A stretch of 64,000 bases of DNA from an uncultured Candidatus Saccharibacteria bacterium (GCA_964567825.1 CAZMNX010000002.1:62767-126766), one strand, 5' to 3'; counted from the first letter of the stretch, positions 19,403 to 29,640 are shown. Translations and numbers: made by a program. Notes: a model not told the origin generated them from the letters alone.

Positions 19403-19834
19403 ATGAAGCTCATTAATCGGCGGTGGATAATCGCCCTAATGCTCGTGTTTGTGCTTGGTGGGGCCGGCTGCGAAGGTGAAGATGAGGATAGCTACAGCAG
19501 CAATCCGAGCTACAACGACCCGCCCTATCAAAACACGACGCGACGGATCCAAGTCCATGTGTTCAACGGCTCGTACGGTTACGTCGATCAGTTCGGCTTT
19601 TGGACCGGCATGGTCCTCGTCGAAATCGAGAAGGCGCCGTACGCCAACCTTCGGCCAGGTGAAAGCACCTACGTTCCGAAGGACCTGTACAGTCACGACG
19701 ATAAACTGGTCCTGCACTTCACAGAGCAGGCATCGGGTATGGTTTGGGAAGTCGCCTTCGGTGATCGCTATCAGTACTACAGCGTCACCCTGCACGGTGA
19801 CGGTCGTCCACCAACTCTCGAACCGCCACCCTGA
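19403..19834 (+). CDS. GC-rich hypothetical lipoprotein cassette
   Basis: Signal peptide with lipobox-like GAGC; TTGACA-17-TATAAT (19334-19362); terminator 19848-19883. Confidence 0.65.
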   Translation: MKLINRRWIIALMLVFVLGGAGCEGEDEDSYSSNPSYNDPPYQNTTRRIQVHVFNGSYGYVDQFGFWTGMVLVEIEKAPYANLRPGESTYVPKDLYSHDDKLVLHFTEQASGMVWEVAFGDRYQYYSVTLHGDGRPPTLEPPP

Positions 19835-19967
19835 ACCGGTGGCCGAGAAAAAAAGGCAAGCGAGTGTGACGCTTGCCTTTTTTAGCACATTTTTTATCTT
19901 CGTTTTTATCCACATTTGCTAAAAAAGTGAAAAGCGTGTAATACTAAAAGCCAAGCAAATAAATTTT

Positions 19968-22187
19968 ATGAAATTATTAATTGTAGAATCCCCCGCTAAA
20001 GCCAAAACCATTTCCAAATATTTGGATGGCAAATATGAAGTAAAAGCCAGCGTTGGTCATATTCGTGATTTGCCAAAAAGTAATAAAAAGGCCATCGATA
20101 TCGAGGGTGGCTTTATTCCACATTATGAAATTAGTCCGGGTAAAGAAAAAATTGTTTCGGAAATAAAAGCCTTGGTAAAAAAGGCCGATGAAGTGCTTCT
20201 GGCGACCGACCCCGACCGTGAGGGTGAAGCAATTGCCTGGCATATAAAAGAGGCGGTGGGTTTGAAAAACGCTAAACGCGTAGTCTTTTATGAAATTACC
20301 AAAGATGCCGTTCAAGAAGCCATTAAGCAACCTCGTGATATTGATGAAAATTTGAGACGTGCCCAAGAAGCGCGCCGCGTTTTAGATCGCTTAGTCGGCT
20401 ACGATTTATCCGGCTTAATTTGGAAGAAAGTTCGTTACGGTTTATCCGCCGGCCGAGTACAATCCCCCGCCCTTCGTATAATAATGGAGCGTGAGCGAGA
20501 AATCCGGGCTTTTATTCCAGAAAACTTTTGGGTAATTAAGGCTAATACTGAAACAATTGCCAAATCGCCACTTGAATTATTTTGTACCGAAGAACCGCGT
20601 GATGAAAAGCTGGTAAATAAAATTTTAGAAATTGGTAAAAAGTCTGATTGGAAAATTACGGATATTTCTGAGACTGAAGCTAAAAGATCAGCCCGTGCCC
20701 CATTCATTACTTCAACTCTACAACAAACCGCTAGCTCCCGTTTAGGCTTCGCTCCATCACGCACCATGGGTGTTGCTCAGAAACTTTACGAGGCGGGCTA
20801 CATTACTTATATGCGTACCGATAGTACTAATTTAAGTAAAGTTGCATTGGCGCAAATTTACAGTACCATCGAGAAAAAATATGGTAAGGAATATTTGGAG
20901 CCACACGTTTTCACTTCGAAAAGTAAAAATGCTCAAGAAGCCCACGAGGCAGTTCGCCCCACTGATATTACCAAGGAATCACTTGGTTTAAATGATGAAC
21001 AAAAAGAATTGTATCAATTGATTTGGCAACGCACCATGGCCTCGCAAATGACCGATGCCAAAATGATGCGGACTAAAATTACTGCAAGTATTGTAGCCGA
21101 GAAGTCGGGGAATTCCTCGGAGCGATTAGGTACTCCGTTAAGCGGAGAGGATTTTCCCGACTTCTCGGCGAACGGTTCCCGTCTTCTTTTCCCCGGCTGG
21201 CTTAAGGCTGATCCTGAAGGTACCGGTGACGATGTTATCTTGCCAAAAGTCGCTGTCGGTGAAAAATTAAAACTTTTAGATTTAACCGCGGAAGGCAAAC
21301 AAACCGAGCCGCCTGGCCGCTATTCTGAAGCTGGATTGATTAAAGAATTAGAAAAAAGAGGCATTGGCCGCCCCTCCACTTACGCCTCTATTATCAAAAC
21401 CATTCAGGACCGTGGTTATGTCGAAAAAATAAACAAAGCCCTAACTCCAACTGATACCGGCGATGTGGTTTCTAGTTTTCTGGAAAAATATTTCATGGAT
21501 TATATTAATGATTCATTTACAGCTGATATTGAAGATAAATTGGATTTGATTGCTGAAGGTAAGGCGGAATATTTAAAAACCCTAACCGACTTTTATAAGC
21601 CCTTTCTTAAGGATGTTAAAGCGAAAGATAAAATGGATAAAGTCACAAATATGGGCGATGCCGATCCGATTCACAAATGCCCAATCTGTGGTGGATCAAT
21701 GATTATCAAACTGGCCAAAAGTGGTAAGTTTTTAAGTTGTGCTAAATATCCTGATTGTGTGGGGGCGAGAAAAATTGATGGTACCGAAATGGAAGGACCA
21801 AAAGAAACTGGTGAAAAATGCCCGGAATGTAAAAATGGTATGCTCGTCGAACGTGATGGTAAGTATGGCCGATTCATTTCCTGCTCAACTTATCCAAAAT
21901 GTAAATATATTAAAAAAGATGCGGAATTAGAAAAGAAAAATAGTACCGGTGTCGCTTGCCCAACTTGCGGCGATGGCTATATGGTGGAAAAACGCGGCCG
22001 CTTTGGTTTATTCTACAGCTGTTCCAATTATCCGAAATGCAAAAATGCAATCAAAGCTAAACCGACCGGCGCCCTCTGTTCCACTTGCGGAGCGCTCATG
22101 ATGGCGGGAACCAAAACTATTCCTGAGCGATGTAGTGTCAAAACTTGTCCCAATCATAATCCACATAAGGTGGGTAAGATTTCCTAA
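19968..22187 (+). CDS. topA: DNA topoisomerase I
   Basis: IVESPAKAK, DPDREGEAIAW, SAGRVQS, ITYMRTDS, C-terminal zinc ribbons. Confidence 0.98.
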   Translation: MKLLIVESPAKAKTISKYLDGKYEVKASVGHIRDLPKSNKKAIDIEGGFIPHYEISPGKEKIVSEIKALVKKADEVLLATDPDREGEAIAWHIKEAVGLKNAKRVVFYEITKDAVQEAIKQPRDIDENLRRAQEARRVLDRLVGYDLSGLIWKKVRYGLSAGRVQSPALRIIMEREREIRAFIPENFWVIKANTETIAKSPLELFCTEEPRDEKLVNKILEIGKKSDWKITDISETEAKRSARAPFITSTLQQTASSRLGFAPSRTMGVAQKLYEAGYITYMRTDSTNLSKVALAQIYSTIEKKYGKEYLEPHVFTSKSKNAQEAHEAVRPTDITKESLGLNDEQKELYQLIWQRTMASQMTDAKMMRTKITASIVAEKSGNSSERLGTPLSGEDFPDFSANGSRLLFPGWLKADPEGTGDDVILPKVAVGEKLKLLDLTAEGKQTEPPGRYSEAGLIKELEKRGIGRPSTYASIIKTIQDRGYVEKINKALTPTDTGDVVSSFLEKYFMDYINDSFTADIEDKLDLIAEGKAEYLKTLTDFYKPFLKDVKAKDKMDKVTNMGDADPIHKCPICGGSMIIKLAKSGKFLSCAKYPDCVGARKIDGTEMEGPKETGEKCPECKNGMLVERDGKYGRFISCSTYPKCKYIKKDAELEKKNSTGVACPTCGDGYMVEKRGRFGLFYSCSNYPKCKNAIKAKPTGALCSTCGALMMAGTKTIPERCSVKTCPNHNPHKVGKIS
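21096..21169. repeat. 74 bp palindromic element in frame within topA
   Basis: GCCGAGAAGTCGGGGAATTCCTC...GAGGATTTTCCCGACTTCTCGGC (23 bp arms, 2 mismatches). Confidence 0.75.
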
Positions 22188-22286
22188 CTATTGACAGAAG
22201 GCCCAACCCTGTGTAGTGTTAAATTAGATTTAACCTGGTAGCAGATGAAAATCTGCGGGTTAGTGTTCAGTACGTGGAGGTGGTAA

Positions 22287-22787
22287 ATGGAAAGATCAGT
22301 TGGGTTGATTGTGATGATTCAGATCCCGGACGAATCGGCATCTGGATATCACCTCGCTGCGGTTCTTCAGCGGCGTGGGACCTACAGCACAGAAAGAATG
22401 GCTCCGGCCTACTTTCCAGGTTGCCTACAGGTGACCTGTCACGGAAAGCTGGAAGAAGGTGAGGATCCGATCCCTGGCTTGCTCCGTGAGCTTGAGGAAG
22501 AATTGGGTCCCACCTTCATTCCGGGCGCCCTGCGCGAGGTAACGTTCACAAGTACTGAGAAGAAAGAGGTGACAACCTTTGCAACGTTCGTGCCGGCCAG
22601 AATGATCAGGAACATTCGGCTGGGACCAGACTCCGGCGGATTGGAGGTGATCCTAAAGGCGGCGGTCGAGGATATTGTGGAAATAACCCCGGCGTTTAAG
22701 GTGAAGGGACCAGAATTTCGTCACACCCTCGCCATGTTCGAAGACGAAATCAGATCGCTGAAGACGGCCTTCGAAATCCTCGGCTGA
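22287..22787 (+). CDS. GC-rich divergent NUDIX-fold protein cassette
   Basis: HGKLEEGEDPIPGLLRELEEELG; TTGACA-17-TAGTGT; SD GGAGGT; terminator 22813-22859. Confidence 0.7.
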   Translation: MERSVGLIVMIQIPDESASGYHLAAVLQRRGTYSTERMAPAYFPGCLQVTCHGKLEEGEDPIPGLLRELEEELGPTFIPGALREVTFTSTEKKEVTTFATFVPARMIRNIRLGPDSGGLEVILKAAVEDIVEITPAFKVKGPEFRHTLAMFEDEIRSLKTAFEILG

Positions 22788-22906
22788 AGGGCAGATCGAA
22801 CGAATCGATACGAGTGGCGTTGGTGAGGTCCCCGCGGACCTTGCCAACGCCGCTTTTTTATTTACCCTAATTTGCCCAAAAGGATTACTAGGTCTATACT
22901 GAATAT

Positions 22907-24397
22907 ATGACCGTCAAAGATATAACCCATCTAATGGATTCGCCGTCGGCGGAGAAAATCGCCTTAATTGAGAAGGCTTATACGACCGCGGAAAAAGCTC
23001 ACAGCGGCGTTAAGCGCAAAAGCGGTGAGCCGTATTTTATCCACGTTTTTGAAACCGCTAAAATTCTAGCGGAGTTAAAAATGTGCGCCGAAGTAATTTG
23101 CGCTGGCCTTTTGCACGACTCAATCGAAGACGGTGTTCTAACTGAAGAAGAAATTAAAAAAGAATTTGGTGATGAAATTTTATTTTTGGTGAATGGTGTT
23201 ACTAAATTAGGAAAACTAAAATACCGCGGCGCCGAGCGACACATGGAAAGCTTGAGAAAACTTTTCGTGGCTTCCGCTCAAGATGTACGAGTGATTATCA
23301 TAAAATTATGTGATCGCTTACACAATATGCGCACCTTACAATTTGTTCGCCCCGACAAACAATACCGAATTGCCCTGGAAACCTTGGAAATTTTCTCCCC
23401 ACTCGCCTATCGCCTTGGTATTCGAAAATTATCACGTGAACTTGAAGACCTATCTTTCCCATACGTTTACCCCAAAGAATATAAGGAAGTAAAAGAGTTG
23501 GTTAAGCTAAAAAGTGCCGAGACCCTACCCCGCCTTGAAAAATTCATGAAGGCCATCAAAAAGGCCTTGGCCGAAGAAAGTATGACGAATATAAATACCG
23601 ACTATCGCTTGAAAGGTCTTTATAGCCTTAGCCGTAAAATTATCCGCAAAGAGGGCGATATAGAAAAAGTTTACGATATTTTAGCCCTCCGTATTTTTAC
23701 CGACACAATTTCTGACTGTTACAAGGCTTTAGGAATAATCCATAGTAAATGGCGACCGCTACCAGGCCGCATCAAAGATTATATTGCAGTCCCTAAACTA
23801 AACGGTTATAAAAGTATTCATACCACCGTCTTTACCGGCGACGGAGCCATTGTCGAAGTGCAAATTCGAACTCACGAAATGCATAAAAATTCCGAATACG
23901 GTATTGCTTCCCACTTAGTCTATAAAAATATGAAAAATTCCGAAAACAAGGAAATGAATTGGTTTACTCAATTTTTACCACGAACTTTAAACCCCTTTGC
24001 TAAATCGGTTGAAGAAAAAGAAACCGCACCGGCCTGGATGAAAGAATTTGCGGAGGCCCATACCGTTTCTGAGGGTGAAGAAATGATGAAAGATTTGAAA
24101 GCTGATTTCTTTAACCAACGAATTTTCACCTTCACGCCGATGGGTGATGTGGTAGATTTGCCAATTGGTTCGACGGTTATTGATTTTGCTTATGCGATTC
24201 ACTCAGACATTGGTAACCATATCTCAAGTGCCATGGTGAATAATAAAATTGCCTCACTCGATATGGAATTAAAAAACGAGGATCAGGTGGAGATTATTAC
24301 CAAAAAATCGGCCAAACCAAATCGTAAGTGGCTCGATTATGCTAAAACCAGTATGGCGAAAAGGTTTATCAAAACCGCCTTAGGAGATAAGTTCTAG
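22907..24397 (+). CDS. RelA/SpoT (p)ppGpp synthetase/hydrolase (HD + synthetase + TGS, no ACT domain)
   Basis: RKSGEPY, LLHDSIED, DRLHNMRTL, NGYKSIHT, EVQIRT, DFAYAIHS. Confidence 0.93.
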   Translation: MTVKDITHLMDSPSAEKIALIEKAYTTAEKAHSGVKRKSGEPYFIHVFETAKILAELKMCAEVICAGLLHDSIEDGVLTEEEIKKEFGDEILFLVNGVTKLGKLKYRGAERHMESLRKLFVASAQDVRVIIIKLCDRLHNMRTLQFVRPDKQYRIALETLEIFSPLAYRLGIRKLSRELEDLSFPYVYPKEYKEVKELVKLKSAETLPRLEKFMKAIKKALAEESMTNINTDYRLKGLYSLSRKIIRKEGDIEKVYDILALRIFTDTISDCYKALGIIHSKWRPLPGRIKDYIAVPKLNGYKSIHTTVFTGDGAIVEVQIRTHEMHKNSEYGIASHLVYKNMKNSENKEMNWFTQFLPRTLNPFAKSVEEKETAPAWMKEFAEAHTVSEGEEMMKDLKADFFNQRIFTFTPMGDVVDLPIGSTVIDFAYAIHSDIGNHISSAMVNNKIASLDMELKNEDQVEIITKKSAKPNRKWLDYAKTSMAKRFIKTALGDKF

Positions 24398-24399
24398 GC

Positions 24400-25365
24400 C
24401 TAGACGACAAAATTATCGACGGAGTACAATTCATCATCATTCTCCTCTTGCTCTTTTTGTTCGGGCGAACGATCGTCAATCAAGGGTTCGGTGTTTGAAT
24501 TCAAAATAGCTTCAGAGGCAATCACCGGCACAGCTGTTTTATTATTTACGGCATCTAAAATCGCGCGCAAATCCTCATTGGAAAAGAAATCAATCATAAT
24601 CTTACCGCCTTTTTCTTTTCTTTCGATATGCACACGCGCCCCCAAGGTATTAGCCAATTTTTCTTCAAGCTCCATAAGTTCTGGATCGGGCATTCGTTCT
24701 GGCTTGCGCACGCGGTCAATCGCAATTTTCCTAGCCGTCATTTCCGCCTCGCGGACCGTCATTTTTCTAAACAACATTTCTTTAAACAAAACGGCCTGTT
24801 CTTCTTTGCGATCGGCGAGCATAAGCAGTGGGCGTGAGTGACCTTCGGAAATTTTACCATCAGTTAAAGCCTGCAAAATTTCTTCCGGCAAAAGCAAAAT
24901 ACGCAAAGTGTTGGAAACATACTCTCGGCTTTTACCAACCTTCTTGGCAATATCGGCATGCTTAAAATGAAACTCATCAGCCAAACGAGCAAAAGCCTTG
25001 GCTCGATCCACCACATTTAAATCTTCACGTTGTAAGTTTTCAATAATCGCTAGCTCTAATTTGAGTTGATCACTTTCCTCTTTATCACGAATCAAAACCG
25101 GCACCTGGGCCAAACCAGCAATTTTCGAGGCGCGCAAACGACGTTCGCCAGAAATCAATTCGTATTCAGTGGCTAAACCACCGTCTTCCTTTTGAATTTC
25201 TTTACGAGTAACCACGAGCGGCTGTAAAATACCATACTGACGAATCGAATCAGCTAAATCTCGAAGCTTAGCTTCTTCAAATTCTTTGCGGGGCTGAAAA
25301 GGGTTAGGAAAAACTTTCTCAATCTCCACCCAAAATATCGAATCATTAAAAAACTGGCTTGGCAT
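24400..25365 (-). CDS. parB: ParB/Spo0J partition protein
   Basis: PNPFQPRK, GERRLRA, ENLQREDLN, HTH. Confidence 0.93.
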   Translation of the reverse strand: MPSQFFNDSIFWVEIEKVFPNPFQPRKEFEEAKLRDLADSIRQYGILQPLVVTRKEIQKEDGGLATEYELISGERRLRASKIAGLAQVPVLIRDKEESDQLKLELAIIENLQREDLNVVDRAKAFARLADEFHFKHADIAKKVGKSREYVSNTLRILLLPEEILQALTDGKISEGHSRPLLMLADRKEEQAVLFKEMLFRKMTVREAEMTARKIAIDRVRKPERMPDPELMELEEKLANTLGARVHIERKEKGGKIMIDFFSNEDLRAILDAVNNKTAVPVIASEAILNSNTEPLIDDRSPEQKEQEENDDELYSVDNFVV

Positions 25366-25425
25366 TCGCCCATTTTAGCACACTTTATTTATTCTCCAAA
25401 ATGAGTTAGAATCATCTTAAATTTT

Positions 25426-26244
25426 ATGAAAGCATTAATAATAAGTGTCGGCGGACTAAGGGGGGCGTATGATGCCGGAGTCGCAACTGCCCTTCTGAGG
25501 AAACTAGGTCCTAAATATTTTGATTCTATTTATATGTCTTCAGTTGGTTCGTTTACGGGCACTTTTTTCGCTGCCAATCAAGCTGATGTGATTGAAGAAA
25601 CTTGGAGAAACCGTGTACACGGTAAACAGTTGATAAATTATTCTAATATTCTTAAAGGAAAAAATATTCTCAATACCGAATACCTTATCGATTTATTCAG
25701 TCAGGGAAAGTGCAAATTGAATTTGGAAAACTTATTCTCATCCGGTATAAAGTTAAATTATATCGTAGAAAACGTAAAAAATGAGTCGGTTGAATATTTA
25801 CAGCCAAAACAAGATAATATATTCACCATAATGCGAGCGGCCACTGCCGTTCCCTTGGCTCATAAACCAGTAAAACTTAACGGCGAAACTTATATCGATG
25901 GCGGCTCCCTTGATCCTCTGCCTATTAGAAAAGCGATTGATGATGGTTACAATGAAATTACAATTATTTATAATAAGTCAATAAAATTTTATAATCGTAA
26001 GCCTCAGAAATATGTCGCGGCCTTTTTCGGTTTATTTGCTACCCCACAAATGAAAAGAATGCTCCGCTTAAGCCGAAGGGAGTTAAAAATTGATGAATAC
26101 ATAATGAAAACTCACAACATAAAAGTAATTAGACCCGAGGTTGCCGTTCCCTTTTTGCTTTTTAATACCAACAAAAAGGTGATCAACCGACTTTTTGACC
26201 TAGGACTAGTTGATGGAAATAAAGCGGCAGAGTCCGGACTGTAA
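25426..26244 (+). CDS. Patatin-like phospholipase
   Basis: GGLRGAYDAG, SSVGS, DGG. Confidence 0.85.
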   Translation: MKALIISVGGLRGAYDAGVATALLRKLGPKYFDSIYMSSVGSFTGTFFAANQADVIEETWRNRVHGKQLINYSNILKGKNILNTEYLIDLFSQGKCKLNLENLFSSGIKLNYIVENVKNESVEYLQPKQDNIFTIMRAATAVPLAHKPVKLNGETYIDGGSLDPLPIRKAIDDGYNEITIIYNKSIKFYNRKPQKYVAAFFGLFATPQMKRMLRLSRRELKIDEYIMKTHNIKVIRPEVAVPFLLFNTNKKVINRLFDLGLVDGNKAAESGL

Positions 26245-26283
26245 ACTTGTCTTTTAATCAAATTTGACTAGAATATGTAGATT

Positions 26284-26365
26284 GCCGGGATGGCGGAATT
26301 GGTAGACGCACACGACTCAAAATCGTGCGAAGAAATTCATGAGAGTTCGATTCTCTCTCCCGGCA
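26284..26365 (+). tRNA. tRNA-Leu (CAA)
   Basis: CACGA-CT-CAA-AA-TCGTG anticodon arm, long variable arm, GTTCGA; no encoded CCA. Confidence 0.95.
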
Positions 26366-26369
26366 CATT

Positions 26370-27254
26370 ATGAATAATAATCCCCCTTCAAAACCGAAAA
26401 TATTGGTGGTTCTTGGACCAACAGCGACCGGCAAAAGTAACTTAGCGGTGAAGCTAGCGAAAAAATTAAATGGTGAAGTGATCAGCGCTGATTCGCGCCA
26501 GGTGTATAAAGGGATGGATATTGGCAGTGGCAAAATTACTAAAAAAGAAATGAAGGGTGTGCCGCATCATCTACTCGATGTCGCTAATCCTAAAAAAGTT
26601 TTTTCTGTCGCCGAGTTTCAAAAATTAGCGGAAAAGAAAATTGCAGAAATTTTATCACGCGGGAAGTTACCGATCGTCTGTGGCGGCACCGGCTTTTACA
26701 TTGATACGCTCGTTTCCGGGCTTCGATATCCCGAGGTAAAAGAAAATAAGAAATTACGCGCTAAACTTGAAAAAAAGAGCACGCCAGAAGTTTTTACTAT
26801 TCTAACGAAACTGGATTCGGCACGTGCTAAAACTATTGATAAACATAATAAAGTTCGGTTAATAAGGGCCATTGAAATCGCCCAGAGCCTCGGTAAGGTG
26901 CCTAAAATTGAGAGCAACCAACCATACGACGCCACCTATATCGGCCTAGATTGGCCAGATTTGACCCTTAAGGAGCGTATAGCGGCCCGCCTTAAAAGGC
27001 GTCTGAAACAAGGTATGGTGGCCGAGGTGGCTCGTTTACGCAAAAGCGGTGTCTCCTACCGCCGACTAGAATTATTTGGTTTGGAGTATAAAAACTGCGC
27101 TTTATTCTTACAAAAGAAAATTACCAAACAACAGCTGATTGAAAATATTTTGAAAGAAAGTTTCCAGTATGCCAAAAGACAAAGAACGTGGTTTAGGAGA
27201 AATAAAAAAATAAAGTGGTATAATGCTAGTGAAATTAATAATATTAAAATATAA
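26370..27254 (+). CDS. miaA: tRNA dimethylallyltransferase
   Basis: GPTATGKS, SADSRQVY, GGTGFY, YAKRQRTWF. Confidence 0.96.
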   Translation: MNNNPPSKPKILVVLGPTATGKSNLAVKLAKKLNGEVISADSRQVYKGMDIGSGKITKKEMKGVPHHLLDVANPKKVFSVAEFQKLAEKKIAEILSRGKLPIVCGGTGFYIDTLVSGLRYPEVKENKKLRAKLEKKSTPEVFTILTKLDSARAKTIDKHNKVRLIRAIEIAQSLGKVPKIESNQPYDATYIGLDWPDLTLKERIAARLKRRLKQGMVAEVARLRKSGVSYRRLELFGLEYKNCALFLQKKITKQQLIENILKESFQYAKRQRTWFRRNKKIKWYNASEINNIKI

Positions 27255-27256
27255 AT

Positions 27257-27496
27257 ATGCGAAATATAATTACTGAAACTTTAGGTTGGTATGGAGTAGT
27301 GGCGATCGTCGGCGCTTATGCTTTACTCAGTTTTAATGTTATTCACAGTGGATCACTTTGGTACCAAGGTCTAAACTTAACCGGCGCAATTGGAATTGTT
27401 GTTGACGCGCTAGATGATAAAAATACTCAGCCAGCGGTTTTGAATACCATTTGGGCAATAATTGCCTTGATTGCAATCGTAAAAATATTTTGGTAA
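27257..27496 (+). CDS. Small three-TM membrane protein
   Basis: GWYG...AY.L...YQ.LNL.GA pattern (CBU_0592-like). Confidence 0.7.
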   Translation: MRNIITETLGWYGVVAIVGAYALLSFNVIHSGSLWYQGLNLTGAIGIVVDALDDKNTQPAVLNTIWAIIALIAIVKIFW

Positions 27497-27497
27497 T

Positions 27498-27571
27498 TGG
27501 CGGGAGATAGAGGAATCGGACCCCTAATTTTCCTTTTGGAGAGGAATGTTATACCACTTAACTAATCTCCC
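27498..27571 (-). tRNA. tRNA-Trp (CCA)
   Basis: TTCCT-CT-CCA-AA-AGGAA anticodon arm; GGGAGAT/ATCTCCC stem; CCA end; T-loop variant GTCCGA. Confidence 0.9.
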
Positions 27572-27631
27572 AGCTTCGAAATAGTAACAAAAAAACTAAC
27601 AAAAAACCAGCTACGGGCCGGTTTTTCTGTT

Positions 27632-27790
27632 TTATTTCTTCGCTTCTTTATGAGTAGTATTTTTCTTGCACCATTTGCAGAATTTTTTGAGCTCGATTTT
27701 ACGTTCCACTTTCTTGCGGTTCTTACGAGTCCAATAATTGGTTCTTTTACAGGTTTTACAAACTAATCTGAATAATTGGTCTTGTGACAT
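27632..27790 (-). CDS. rpmG: 50S ribosomal protein L33 (zinc-binding form), not in ORF track
   Basis: MSQDQLFRLVCKTCKRTNYWTRKNRKKVERKIELKKFCKWCKKNTTHKEAKK. Confidence 0.95.
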   Translation of the reverse strand: MSQDQLFRLVCKTCKRTNYWTRKNRKKVERKIELKKFCKWCKKNTTHKEAKK

Positions 27791-27914
27791 ATGATTATTT
27801 ATTGAGTCCTTAATATAGCTTATTTTGAAAAAAAAGGCAAGAATCTCAGGTTAATAAGAAAGGGCCTGGGGGCGATCGAACGCACACCCAGGACCCGAAT
27901 TGCTTGGCGAAAGC

Positions 27915-28100
27915 TTACTCGGCTTTCACCTGTTGTTCCACGGCCGGCGGCCAAATCGGCCCACCGCTGAATTTCACCATCCAGTTCACACCCGCATTAA
28001 GACCGATATTGAAAAGGTAGCCGATGACGAAAATCGTCAACGCCAGACCCAGACGCATTTTCCAACTCATGGTCTCCTCCAACATATTCCAGTAGTCCAT
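27915..28100 (-). CDS. GC-rich small single-TM protein cassette
   Basis: TTGACA-17-TAGTCT, SD AGGAGGGAGG, hairpin 27862-27896. Confidence 0.65.
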   Translation of the reverse strand: MDYWNMLEETMSWKMRLGLALTIFVIGYLFNIGLNAGVNWMVKFSGGPIWPPAVEQQVKAE

Positions 28101-28277
28101 CTCAGCCTCCCTCCTAAAGGATCAGTTAATAATAGACTAGCACAAGTAATTAATAGTGTCAAATGAAAAGATCAGTAATTAAAAAAGGCCCGGGTGCCAA
28201 CGTGCACACCCGGACCCTCATCGAACGTCATCCCTCACGACGTCCGCCCCAAACGACTAGTAGAAACCTCCTCTCCA

Positions 28278-29279
28278 TCAACCCTTCACGCCGTAACCCA
28301 CCGACGGCTTCCCAAACTTGGGGAAGACCGGAATGAACTCCACCTCGCCCACACCGAGCGGGATGCTCACGGCACCATCTTGGTCCGTGCTCAACGTGAT
28401 CCAGTCATCGGTCTTGCCGACTCGATACTGAACTGCCACCGCTTTTTCGTTTTCGGTGGTGACCATCCGGATCTTGACCGTGAGCGCCTTGGTCAATTGC
28501 AGAATGACGAGCGGCACTTCCCCGTAGCCGTTCTGACTTTGGGGATTGACGAACACGTAGGTCGAGTTCGTCGGCGCCGTGATCATTCCGTTGACGCTGA
28601 AGTTCACGCCTGCGCTCACATTTTCGAGCGGAAGCTCCATCATCTGGTCGAGCGCGAAGATGAAGGTCCCCGACTGGCCCGTTGCCTGATCGTAGGTGTG
28701 CACCACCGTCTCGCCCGACTGACCAGTATACTGGGTTTCGAACCAGACGAGATCCTCGTCATAGCTCGTTTCCAGGTACGCGGGGGGTCCGACGATGTTG
28801 CCCTGCGCATCGCGACGGATGACGTTCGCGGAGGTGACGTTGTCGAAGGCGATTGGAATACGCCAGTACAGGTCGAGATGGGTGTTGAGCGCCCAGCTCG
28901 GTACCTGCCAACCAGTCGGGGTGTTTTCGAGACCCGTATAGTTGCCGCCCATGAAGAGCGGATACCCTTCCTCCGACAGGAGCGTGGTCATCACGCTCAC
29001 CTTGTCCACCGCGGGGTCAGCCACGATGAAGTTCACCGTGTTCGTCCGCAGCGACGCGGCCAAGCGATCGAAGTTGCCCTCCGCATCGTAGGCCATGTAG
29101 CTCGACATCATCACCCCACCGTCGGAGTTCACACTCGACATCGCACGCACGACCGATTGCCGGGCGTAGGCGATGAGGGCCGGCTTGCTTGTGCCGGGCC
29201 ACAGAAGATTCGTCGCGAGGCTCACCTTGGCCGCGAGGGCCAGGACCGTCATCACCATAACCACCTTGATCATCTTCAT
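28278..29279 (-). CDS. GC-rich hypothetical secreted protein
   Basis: Signal peptide MKMIKVVMVMTVLALAAKVSLA; GC3-rich codons; hairpin 28187-28217. Confidence 0.7.
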   Translation of the reverse strand: MKMIKVVMVMTVLALAAKVSLATNLLWPGTSKPALIAYARQSVVRAMSSVNSDGGVMMSSYMAYDAEGNFDRLAASLRTNTVNFIVADPAVDKVSVMTTLLSEEGYPLFMGGNYTGLENTPTGWQVPSWALNTHLDLYWRIPIAFDNVTSANVIRRDAQGNIVGPPAYLETSYDEDLVWFETQYTGQSGETVVHTYDQATGQSGTFIFALDQMMELPLENVSAGVNFSVNGMITAPTNSTYVFVNPQSQNGYGEVPLVILQLTKALTVKIRMVTTENEKAVAVQYRVGKTDDWITLSTDQDGAVSIPLGVGEVEFIPVFPKFGKPSVGYGVKG

Positions 29280-29337
29280 CTGCTTTTTTCCTCTGCTCTT
29301 TCTTTCTGCATTTATGACTCTTACCGACTCGGACCGA

Positions 29338-29640
29338 TCACAGACTGAACTTCAAGTCCTCCATGTTCATCGTCACCATCGTTCCTTTGTTGCTGGTCGC
29401 CTTCTGGCTACCACCAACCTCCTCCTTCGCCCTCGGTGTCTCCACCGGCGGCGTGTTGGTCTCGGTCGTTTCGATCACTGCGGCCGGCACGGGCTTAACC
29501 CCCACCGATTCTGCCTTCACCGGCGGCGTTTCAGATCGCCGCAAGATGAATACGCAAAGAGCGACTGTCAACCCCAAGGTCAACAGCCACGCGAATGGAC
29601 CTGGTCCAGGCCGACGATCACGATCTTGAATGTTTGCCAT
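29338..29640 (-). CDS. GC-rich hypothetical single-TM protein with P/T/E-rich tail
   Basis: SD AGGAG upstream; TM helix. Confidence 0.55.
   Translation of the reverse strand: MANIQDRDRRPGPGPFAWLLTLGLTVALCVFILRRSETPPVKAESVGVKPVPAAVIETTETNTPPVETPRAKEEVGGSQKATSNKGTMVTMNMEDLKFSL

Noticed and set aside
18371-25365. Replication origin or parS near parB
   Set aside because: Only isolated DnaA boxes, no dnaA/dnaN, and no TGTTTCACGTGAAACA-like parS seen
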